Positions 1 through 10,266 of a DNA stretch of 64,000 nucleotides are shown piece by piece. The stretch spans positions 62,001 to 126,000 of the forward strand of contig CBFFRP010000445.1 of NCBI GenBank assembly GCA_965644295.1, written 5' to 3'. A program made the position numbers and the translations under genes. The notes under the pieces are model-generated. The model saw only the letters and a list, made by a program, of their open reading frames with translations. It was not told the DNA's origin and ran no database searches. Source of the DNA: Paraphysomonas bandaiensis. Lineage: Eukaryota > Protista > Chrysophyceae. The stretch's first letter is position 1; the number at the start of each line of letters is the position of its first letter.

Positions 1-382
1 ATACCCCTAAAATCTCAACCATCCCCTCCACCAAAACTGTAAAAATCCAATTTCAGTTCCGTGATAAGGATTTTCGGGTAAGGATTTTTGATGCCTATAT
101 AAGACTCCACACATAACATATGCACATCACATCATCATGACTTAAAACGTATTGGTATTCAAGATGTTTCATTATTCTGATACAGAGAGCTTAGTAGATG
201 CATGATTGTGACTCGGAGATCGAATCTATACAACCCCAACAAGAGAATGAAAAAGATCTGTGCCTCCGATCTCGAAGATACCCTCCTGGGGCCTTATGCT
301 GGGAAGAGAACGTTGACTAAGCCAATTTACATCCAGATACTCTAGAAGTGGAAATTAAATTATGCTGTATATGTATGTATAA

Positions 383-769
383 GGGCCCGTTCGGTTCATC
401 CAATGGATTTTTGTGCTGGATTTGCATTCGCTGGATTTTTGAGAAATTCCACTGGTTGAAAATGCACTGTATTTGGGTAATCCAGCAAATGGGCATAGCA
501 CTTACTACCGAACGATTGCCACATCCGGTATACGTGTATTTAACGCATATACTGTATGTATAATCGTGATTCAAAAATCCAGCACTTCTCAAAAATCCAG
601 TGAATCGTCTTTCGACTCAAAACACGAAACTAATTTCGCTGGATTTTTTCCAGCAAATGAGCATATTTTGCTTTTTTGCGTTCGGTAAGATTTTCCAAAT
701 TCCAGTGGATGGACGAAATCCAGCGAATTTGAGCAAATCCAGCACTTTTTTGGTCTACCGAACGCACCC
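383..769. mobile_element. Tourist-like (PIF/Harbinger) MITE
   Basis: TIRs GGGCCCGTTCGGT (383) and ACCGAACGCACCC (ends 769). TAA on both flanks (380-382, 770-772). Inverted subterminal GTGCTGGATTTG and TTCGCTGGATTT motifs. No coding capacity. Confidence 0.85.
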
Positions 770-770
770 T

Positions 771-1255
771 AAATCTATATGTACATGTATATGTACTGCT
801 GTATATGTATAAATCTATATGTACATGTATATGTACTGCTGTATATGTATAAATCTATATGTACATGTATATGTACTGCTGTATATGTATGTATAAATCT
901 ATATGTACATGTATATGTACTGCTGTATATGTATGTATAAATCTATATGTACATGTATATGTACTGCTGTATATGTATAAATGGATATGTACATGTGTAT
1001 GTACTGCTGTATATGTATAAATCTATATGTACATGTGTATGTACTGCTGTATATGTATAAATGGATATGTACATGTGTATGTACTGCTGTATATGTATAA
1101 ATGGATATGTACATGTGTATGTACTGCTGTATATGTATAAATCTATATGTACATGTGTATGTACTGCTGTATATGTACATGTGTATGTACTGCTGTATAT
1201 GTATAAATCTATATCTACATGTATATGTACTGCTGTATATGTACATGTATATGTA
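771..1255. repeat. ~40-bp minisatellite (AAATCTATATGTACATGTATATGTACTGCTGTATATGTAT)n
   Basis: About 12 tandem units with variants, read directly. Confidence 0.95.
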
Positions 1256-1562
1256 TTATTAGAACAAAAAGACAGATCACACACTCTGGACTGCAGAGTA
1301 CACACATATCTAAAAAAAATACAATCCTTTAAATAACCCTGTTTTGAGTTCACGGTCACCTCTAAATATTGTGGGTTTCTAGCAGAGAATACTAGTATGC
1401 CAAGATATTGGATATTTTTGCAGAAGTAATGGCGGAAAGACAGAGAGGACATGTGCCACCCACGCAGATAGATAAACCACAAGAGGACCAGAAGAACATC
1501 ATCTCTCAGGAGGTTAAAACCCAGTCGAACTAACACACAGCCTTATCTGTGCTGACGTTTGT

Positions 1563-2258
1563 ATGTCATCCCTTCTTACTTTCACTGCGGAAATATCTGG
1601 AAATGCTGGAGGCGTTATGTTTGTGGTCGGCTCCTACTTCTTTTACCCCAAGTACGATACAGCGTGCGGGGTCAACTCCTGCTCAATGTATGGAGCCATG
1701 CTGTATGTATTGGGCAGCATATGCTTCTTTTTTACGTCTTGTGTTAATTTCTACAAAATTAATGCCATTTCCTGCGAGGACTTTTCTCTCACTTTGAATG
1801 CGGCGCTCTACTTAGTAGCCAATTTTTTATTCATAATTGGATCTGTTTTATTCATTCCGATTGGACAAGTATATCAGCCTACTGCGGGAATAAGCCTGTT
1901 TATGATTGGTTCTCTCATATGCATGATTGCTCCGATATTCAACATTCACAGGGCACGTAAACAGCGTCAAATTAATACCGACTACCTGACATATGTTGTG
2001 GAATGTACGATGGCCGTTTTGTACATCGGTGGATCAGTTTTCTTTTTACTGGGCAGTATATATTATCTACCACAGTTGTATAGGCCTTTTTCAACTCATA
2101 TGTTTGTGACGGGCTCTTTTCTTTTCATGGGAGCTACTCTATCTCCTGGAGTAGTAAGTGCGTGGGGGTATCTTAATCGGCACAAGACTATCGCACCCGT
2201 GGATGCTTACCAGACTAAAGGAAATGATGCGGTTGTGGGGGTTGAAGTCCCTTACTAG
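1563..2258 (+). CDS. YrhK-like multi-pass membrane protein, copy 1 (231 aa)
   Basis: Intronless ATG-TAG ORF with ~6 hydrophobic helices carrying repeated F/Y-x-x-GS-x-x-F motifs, as I recall for YrhK-like domains. Confidence 0.7.
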   Translation: MSSLLTFTAEISGNAGGVMFVVGSYFFYPKYDTACGVNSCSMYGAMLYVLGSICFFFTSCVNFYKINAISCEDFSLTLNAALYLVANFLFIIGSVLFIPIGQVYQPTAGISLFMIGSLICMIAPIFNIHRARKQRQINTDYLTYVVECTMAVLYIGGSVFFLLGSIYYLPQLYRPFSTHMFVTGSFLFMGATLSPGVVSAWGYLNRHKTIAPVDAYQTKGNDAVVGVEVPY

Positions 2259-3251
2259 CGTGGGTAGAGATATAATTTCTACGTCGCTATGAATCGCACA
2301 TACCTTCATCAATATTATTCGATACATACAATCGTTTTTTACTCTCTTTTTCATATATACTTAATTTATAACATACATTTCTCAGCATGCACTATAATAG
2401 TTATGTCACTACGTCACTACTATTTTTTTTTAAATCATCGTACAGTAGTGGTGCACTGTTATGTCTGTTCTTTCCGTACAGAAAAGATGACTATTTCACA
2501 AAGTGAACTAAATGCATGCTGGGTCTTACATAACTATACAGTACTATTTCTTCTTAGAGTACTATTAAAAGATATAAATAATGTAATTGCTTACAAGTTG
2601 TTCTTTAAGTTTTTTGACATATAATCGTTCAATGTAGAACACAGTAATTGAATGTAGTACTACTAAACTTTATGAACAAACTGAAATATATTTACTGCGT
2701 AGCTACGTACGTGTCTATTTAAGATCGTAAACATGTTGGTTAGTAGTAGTGACGTAGTGACATAACTATTATAGCGCATGCTGAGAAATATTTATCACTA
2801 TTGTTAATAAATTGAATTTTAACGTCAATTTTAGGATTAATAGTAAAAGGTGCGAGAAAACGACATAACTAGTAGTTGGACTTACGAAGAAAGCTTCCAT
2901 AAACACTTCAAGTAAAAAATTATCAACATTTTTATATCTTTTAATAGTACTCTAAGAAGAAATAGTACTGTATAGTTATGTAAGACCCAGCATGCATTTA
3001 GTTCACTTTGTGAAATAGTCATCTTTTCTGTACGGAAAGAACAGACATAACAGTGCACCACTACTGTACGATGATTTAAAAAAAAAGTAGTAGTGACGTA
3101 GTGACATAACTATTATAGTGCATGCTGAGAAATGTATGTTATAAATTAAGTATATATGAAAAAGAGAGTAAAAAACGATTGTATGTATCGAATAATATTG
3201 ATGAAGGTATGTGCGATTCATAGCGACGTAGAAATTATATCTCTACCCACG

Positions 3252-3947
3252 CTAGTAAGGGACTTCAACCCCCACAACCGCATCATTTCCTTTAGTCTGG
3301 TAAGCATCCACGGGTGCGATAGTCTTGTGCCGATTAAGATACCCCCACGCACTTACTACTCCAGGAGATAGAGTAGCTCCCATGAAAAGAAAAGAGCCCG
3401 TCACAAACATATGAGTTGAAAAAGGCCTATACAACTGTGGTAGATAATATATACTGCCCAGTAAAAAGAAAACTGATCCACCGATGTACAAAACGGCCAT
3501 CGTACATTCCACAACATATGTCAGGTAGTCGGTATTAATTTGACGCTGTTTACGTGCCCTGTGAATGTTGAATATCGGAGCAATCATGCATATGAGAGAA
3601 CCAATCATAAACAGGCTTATTCCCGCAGTAGGCTGATATACTTGTCCAATCGGAATGAATAAAACAGATCCAATTATGAATAAAAAATTGGCTACTAAGT
3701 AGAGCGCCGCATTCAAAGTGAGAGAAAAGTCCTCGCAGGAAATGGCATTAATTTTGTAGAAATTAACACAAGACGTAAAAAAGAAGCATATGCTGCCCAA
3801 TACATACAGCATGGCTCCATACATTGAGCAGGAGTTGACCCCGCACGCTGTATCGTACTTGGGGTAAAAGAAGTAGGAGCCGACCACAAACATAACGCCT
3901 CCAGCATTTCCAGATATTTCCGCAATGAAAGTAAGAAGGGATGACAT
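3252..3947 (-). CDS. YrhK-like multi-pass membrane protein, copy 2 (231 aa, T8I)
   Basis: Protein identical to copy 1 except residue 8. Convergent orientation. Confidence 0.7.
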   Translation of the reverse strand: MSSLLTFIAEISGNAGGVMFVVGSYFFYPKYDTACGVNSCSMYGAMLYVLGSICFFFTSCVNFYKINAISCEDFSLTLNAALYLVANFLFIIGSVLFIPIGQVYQPTAGISLFMIGSLICMIAPIFNIHRARKQRQINTDYLTYVVECTMAVLYIGGSVFFLLGSIYYLPQLYRPFSTHMFVTGSFLFMGATLSPGVVSAWGYLNRHKTIAPVDAYQTKGNDAVVGVEVPY

Positions 3948-4194
3948 ACAAACGTCAGCACAGATAAGGCTGTGTGTTAGTTCGACTGGGTTTTAACCTC
4001 CTGAGAGATGATGTTCTTCTGGTCCTCTTGTGGTTTATCCATCTGCGTGGGTGGCACATGTCCTCTCTGTCTTTCCGCCATTACTTCTGCAAAAATATCC
4101 AATATCTTGGCATACTAGTATTCTCTGCTAGAAACCCACAATATTTAGAGGTGACCGTGAACTCAAAAACAGGGTTATTTAAAGGATTGTATTT

Positions 4195-4390
4195 TTTTTA
4201 GATATGTGTGTACTCTGCAGTCCAGAGTGTGTGTTCTGTCAAACTTTTTCAGAAATTGTCTTTTTGTTCTGAATATGTTGAAGTATACATACTCTAGTGC
4301 TGTAAAGGGGGGCTCAAGACACCTCATCACAGCACAGCTGAAGATGTATATATATCCTTCTGTACTGCAGAGTACACACATATCTAAAAA
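4195..4390. repeat. Small inverted-repeat (MITE-like) element at the palindrome edge
   Basis: TTTTTAGATATGTGTGTACTCTGCAGTCCAGA (4195-4226) pairs with TCTGTACTGCAGAGTACACACATATCTAAAAA (4359-4390), one mismatch. Confidence 0.55.
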
Positions 4391-4498
4391 GTATCTATAC
4401 ACAAGTACATGTCTAAAAAGTATCTAGATACACCTATGTCCCTAAAACAAGTAATTTGTTATATATTATTTAAAATATGAGGGCGCAGATAGAGTAAT

Positions 4499-4580
4499 GG
4501 CAGGATGGCCGAGTGGTTAAGGCGTTGGCCTGCTAAGCCAATGTGCAATGCATGCGTGGGTTCGAATCCCACTTCTGTCG
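4499..4580 (+). tRNA. tRNA-Ser(GCU)
   Basis: 82-nt cloverleaf: acceptor GGCAGGA/TTCTGTC plus G discriminator, D arm TGGCCGAGTGGTTAAGG, anticodon arm TTGGC-CT GCT AA-GCCAA, long variable arm, T loop GGTTCGAATCC. Confidence 0.93.
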
Positions 4581-4589
4581 CAGAACTCG

Positions 4590-4597
4590 TTTTTTTA
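4590..4597 (+). terminator. Pol III oligo(T) terminator of tRNA-Ser
   Basis: T-run about 10 nt after the discriminator base. Confidence 0.7.
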
Positions 4598-4936
4598 TAA
4601 AAGATTGTTTTTTTAATAGTATTTTTGAGATTAATTCTCTGGATTTTGAAAAAAATCACTAAAAATTCTGCTTTTTGCACATTCACAACGTAATACTTGG
4701 TACTATAGTATGTATATGTACTGTACATGTATGTACTGTACGACTGTATGTATGTGAACACAGCAGTACTTAAGATGCATACTGGCTTCTATATACACAA
4801 CTATATAACAACAGACCGTAATTCGATACATTCTATTACAACATAGAAACCATATACTCGTAATAACTTATCAGATGGAGATAACTCATCACATGAAGGC
4901 TATCAAAAAACTAGAGTTTCAATAGTAGGAAACATG

Positions 4937-6768
4937 AGTATATTGACCCTCTCATGTGATGTGTCAGTGCCTCGAGTGGAGGGGAATCCATGGATCTTAT
5001 CCTTCACGGGTCGTATAGATGTACAAGAGGATCATAGCCCATATATGAACGTGCTGCTCCTGACTCCTATAAGAAAAAGTGAGTAACCCTTCAAGATATT
5101 ATCAACTGTGTCCCTTAAAGATATTTTTAAAAGATACTCCTCAAAGATATTGTCCCAATTGAGAAGGTTTGGCATGTCTATTGAACGTGAGACATCAAAC
5201 TTAAAGATTGCAATAGAGAAGAATGATTCCGACAAATTATCGCATGAGACAAGTGGATAGAAATGCTTACAACACAATGTGAGAAACTAGAAGAGTTATC
5301 AAACACCTTAAGAAGCAATAAGACTATTGAAATGTCGTTACTCAACGGCACACGCTGGATTTTATCTACACAACTAACAGGCTGTAATGCACAAGATTTA
5401 AGCCCCATGAGACCGGTGGACAACTTGGTTGTAGATGAAGCTGCACTATCAGTGGAGGCAGACACGTTAATTGCTTTCAATGTCAGCTCAAGTGTGTTCT
5501 GCTGGTAGGCGATACCAAACAACCCCAAGGAAGCAGAGTATATTGCTAAAGTGGTTAAATCATGTTAGCAGCAATTCCCCTATAAATAAATAGGCATCAT
5601 CACCTTTTACGCTGCTCAAGTGAAAGAAATTCAAAATGCTTTGACGAAGGCGAAATGCCATGAATTAAACACGATACGTGTGAGCAGCGTGGATAGTTTT
5701 CAAGGTGGGGAGGCCGATATCATTATTTTGTCTTTTGTACGAGCAACTTGGTTGTAGATGAAGCTGCACAATCAGTGAAGGCAGAACGTTAATTGCCTTT
5801 CAACATGAGCCCAAGCGTGTTCTGCTTGTAGGCGATACCAAACAACTTCCGGCTACGGTTATCTCTGAGTGCGCCAAAACCCATCACTATGACTGGTCCA
5901 TGATGTGGCGCTTGCAGGAAGAATGTCGCGTACACACGCTGATGTTGAGCGAACAGTACCGCATGCACCCTGAAATCTGCAAATTCCCTTCAAGACACTG
6001 GTATGAGGGCAAGTTGAAAACAGCAGTCAGCCTCGATTTTGATGCGGTTGATAGAAATAGTTTGTTCCGCCCGTACACTTTCTACAACATGGGCGATAAT
6101 GGTAACCTCATGCAAAAGAAAGGTACCAGTTCATACAACCCCAAGGAAGCAGAGTATATTGCTAAAGTGGTTAAATCCTGTCAGCAGCAATTCCCGCATA
6201 AAGAAATAGGCATCATCACCTTTTACGCTGCTCAAGTGAAAGAAATTCAAAATGCTTTGACGAAGGCGAATGCCATGAATTAAACACGATACGTGTGAGC
6301 AGCGTGGATAGTTTTCAAGGTGGGGAGGCCGATATCATTATTTTGTCTTTTGTACGAGCACCTGAATCCCAAAGAAAGAAAGGGGGGGTTGGATTTGTAA
6401 ACGATTTTCGGCGTCTCAACGTGGCATTGACTCGTGCCAAGAGCACATTGATTATGCTCGGCCATGCCAAAACCTTAGGCCAAGAAGACTCTCAAAGCAC
6501 TTATTAAGGATGGTAGTAGTCGAGGTCACTTCTACGAAGAGAATAAGTTAAGGGAGCGGCTAATGACTGATGGTGCTGTTGACAACGGTGATAAAACTAC
6601 CAAACTGACGAAAGCACCATATGCTGACCTTACAACCGAGATGTCTAGCTTATCGATTGGCAACGAAAAACTGGACCGTCAAGAATCGTCTACAGCATCT
6701 TCAGTGCGAGTAAAAAGCGTCGTTTCTTTAGAAGCCCATCAGGTGGAGCAAAGCAGTATAATACAGCG
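4937..6768 (+). pseudogene. Scrambled inverted pseudogene copy of the SF1B helicase at 15940-18983
   Basis: Fragment ORFs 5263-5508, 5900-6283, 6295-6507 and 6563-6784 match the intact helicase. Shows frameshifts, a ~950-bp deletion removing Walker A, and an internal duplication. Confidence 0.93.
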
Positions 6769-6787
6769 AAGAATAATATCTTAATGA

Positions 6788-7368
6788 CTAGAACAATATG
6801 CGAATGTATTTTTTTCCATTGATTATTAAATCGTGTTGATATATTGTTGGAGCGGTGAGAAAAGCAATATTACAATACTATGACGATGTACTGTTCCCTC
6901 GTCTTGATCTTTGCATATATCCTTTTCGAACACATGAATTCCAGTGCCCTACGTAATCTCAGATATATCGTAAATAGGTACTATAGTCATGCGCTGTTGT
7001 TATCTTTAACTTTAAATTCACAAATATCTCTTCTGAACTTACTCAACTCAACGCCTTATATCTACGACTTCAAGACGAATGACATAGGCAAATAAAGTAT
7101 AGTGAACTCAAAACACTGCCACAGATACGGATATATGGCAGAAATACAGCTAATAATGAAGTGACATTGTCTGACTAACCCACTACAATAGACTCCGTCA
7201 CAAAAAGTATCACAACCAACACATAAGTCATAAGTTAATCATAGAGATTGTGTTCCTGTGCGAACTCCTCATCATCTGTGTCAAGCTCTTCGCCTTCCTT
7301 GACCTTCTTCTTCAGGATCTTAATCTTGGCCTTCTGCTCACGCTTGGAAAGATTCATCTTGATTTTTA
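6788..7368 (-). pseudogene. Inverted duplicate of the eEF3 C-terminal ~44 codons and 3' flank
   Basis: Reverse complement of ~13244-13903 with scattered substitutions and indels. Confidence 0.92.
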
Positions 7369-8289
7369 GTTATAGAAAGGCTGGATAGACATACACGTAC
7401 ACTGTGTTAAGTAAATATGTATATATGAACATATTGTTATGTTTGAATATATGCTCTCATGCTCTGTAAGCCACTAATATATCGTATGGTGTGATATGGT
7501 ATCTTAAACAGTCACAGTGTCTAATATTAAAGGATATATGATCGACTCAGTTCAATCATATGTATTATATTTAAGAAAGGTTATTAGATTTATGATTATG
7601 ATGTAAACTGGGGAAAGTCACGACTTAATTCATTTTTATCTTGTTAACAAAACTTTGGCTTTCTTATTAACATGATCACAATATCAAGATTTGACATAAT
7701 GGGGATGGTAAAGGCTTTTAATTAACTGAACGTAAATGTACACAATACTTGAAATATAAATTTAAAACATTAGTAAGGAACATGATAAAGATCAATATCA
7801 CTTATAGTTTTATCGTTCATTATTAATCGCCAAATTCATTTATCGCAACTTCTATATACTTTGCTAATAATATTTTACTACTAGGAATGCTATCATGACA
7901 TTAATTCTCATAATAAAATGCTTCTGTATTCTTCCATAATAGTCATAATTCAAATACCTTTGAACTACAGCTTTAAATTGATCTCAAACTGCAAAACTCA
8001 ACACACAAACGAACAAATTGTGAGCTTGGTTTGGTTGCTTATATGTATTGGTCTTGTTATTTCGCAACCCAAAAGACAAGTTAACTACTTGTCTTTTGAA
8101 CTTTTGAAATGAGCAAAAATAATTACTTATCAGAATTAATCAGAATTCAACAACAAAATTAGAAAACAGACGAAGAGATGCTCTCCAATAGTTTTCTACG
8201 AGTCGTGTTCATACGACTCTATCACTCAGCATGTATGCATATACAGATAGCTGAGTGTCACCGTCTATTAGAATAGCAAAATTGAGGGC

Positions 8290-9401
8290 TTATTTTGTGA
8301 CTCCAAATAATGGTTTCAACTGCTCGAAAATTACCAGCTGCAGACATGTTGTGGGAGCAAATCTCGCCCAGATTGGGAAGAAGCCAGCGTACAGTCCTTG
8401 GGGGCCTTTATTCTTGACGACCTTCACGACACAGTCCACAAATCCAGAGTACATTCTGGGTTGAGTGTGCGGTTGGTTCATAAGCTGAGTACGGACCATG
8501 TCAAAGGGGGTAACAGTAACAGCCATAAAGAACCCTGCCCCGAAAGCGGAGCAAAAGTCAGTAGGAATGCCGGCGGGAATAGCGCCCCACTTCTTAATCA
8601 TACCTGCAGACACAAAAATATGCGTGAGACCAAGTAGCCGACTATGAAGCGGAAAGACACTTACCCTTGATGGTGTCATACACACCCATCTTGGTTCCAT
8701 TGAGAACCATAGCTCTCATGATATTGGCCTCTATTCCTCTATAGAACCCACCCATTCCTTGATTCTTGTAGAGATCCCCCGCAGTTTTGAAGAGAGCTGG
8801 GGGCTCTTTTCCCTCTGTAGCCATCATGCGTGTCTTTAAAACATCGAATGGGTTTCCCACCACAGACCCGAGAGCTCCAGCAAGAGATCCCGCTGAGAAC
8901 TTCAAAACAAAGTGTGAATCATTTGTCACTCCCATAGCCGACTTAATGGGACCATAGAGGCCAATACGGAGAGATGTATAGGATGCCTCACGCATCCATG
9001 CTGCCCCTATACCCTTCCAAAATGCCGTAATGCCTTCTTCACCAGCAATCACACGTACAGTTCCAAGTGATCCAAGAGATTTATAGTTTCTTGCACCAGG
9101 AGTGTCTCCAGATACTTGTAGTCTTGTCTTGACCACATCGATAGGATGACTGTTAAGAGATATCGTAATCCGTTAGATGTTATATGAGAAGATATACAGT
9201 GTGTTACGTGTCACATACATGCATATAGAGAGCACTAGTTTATATATGTATGTATGTGTATATGTATGTATCAGTGTATCTATACGTGTATATATGCATA
9301 TACAGATATATGTATGTATATATAGATGTATATACTCACATGGCAGTTACTGTGATAACAGCTGCAGTTCCAGCAGCAGCGACACTTGCAAGAATATCCA
9401 T
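8290..9401 (-). CDS. Mitochondrial carrier (SLC25, oxoglutarate/dicarboxylate/UCP-like), 3 exons
   Basis: Three Px[DE]xx[KR] signatures (HPIDVVKTRLQ, NPFDVLKTRM, TPFDMVRTQ). Exons ~9401-9340, 9151-8665, 8604-8290 with GT-AG introns. Confidence 0.92.
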
Positions 9402-9859
9402 GATGTATGTAGATAGAGTGTTATCTGTTAATATGATTGATGAGATATGTATCTATGTGTATATATATGTGTGTGTATGTATGTAGGTGTGTGTGTGTGT
9501 ATTTGTATGTATGTATGCCATTCAACAGCCAACGGCCATCCACATATCTAATAGACGTATACACACACCATACATACATACGTATATCCACCATACATAC
9601 ATACACATACACTGCCTACGGGGCTGGCTCATCATACATCCATCATCACATACGACCCACCATATGAGGAAATGTCCAGGACTTATACATATGAAAATCC
9701 CTGTAGACTACAGCAGTACATGTAGGGGGGTATGGTAAGATACGTGTGTGAGATCTCATAGCAACATCTGTTTTTTTGAGTGCATATATTACTACCATTC
9801 GTTAGTATACAACCGTATAATGGTATACAGCACTGTACTGTACTTATAGACATGTTTAA

Positions 9860-10080
9860 CCCTGTAGACAAGTACACCCACTACCCACACTGCTGTACCC
9901 CTACGCACTCTGTACCTGTACCCCTATACACTCTGTACCCCTACACACTCTGTACACCTACACACTCTGCACCCCTATACACTCTGTACCCTTATATACA
10001 CACTGCTGTACCTTTATACCCACTATGTACCCCTGTACACACTGCTGTACTGCTGTACACCCACACCACACACTACACTA
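9860..10080. repeat. Degenerate CACTCTGTACCCCTA-type tandem repeat upstream of eEF3
   Basis: Repeated (CA)CACTCTGTACCC variants. Confidence 0.7.
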
Positions 10081-10266
10081 TACAGGAGTGTATTTAGTGT
10101 ATAAGGAATTAATGGATGAGGACATGAGAGCCACTAATTTATCGCACTCGTGGACAAATGTGGACAAACCATTCACAGCTTCTCATTTATATAAAATCAC
10201 ATCACAAAATATTCATAACTTAACTCCAACATATATTTACGTTAGAAGCACAACAGCTATCTTATC

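Larger units (their letters stand above)
1261..4270. repeat. Large inverted duplication (palindrome): arms ~1271-2584 and ~2926-4240, spacer ~340 bp
   Basis: Arms are reverse complements differing by a few SNPs and homopolymer lengths. Mirrored ORF sets appear in the ORF track. Confidence 0.95.

Noticed and set aside
771-1255. Regular repeats resembling a CRISPR array (also 22689-22815 and 29180-29612)
   Set aside because: Head-to-tail units with no unique spacers, no cas genes, eukaryotic context.
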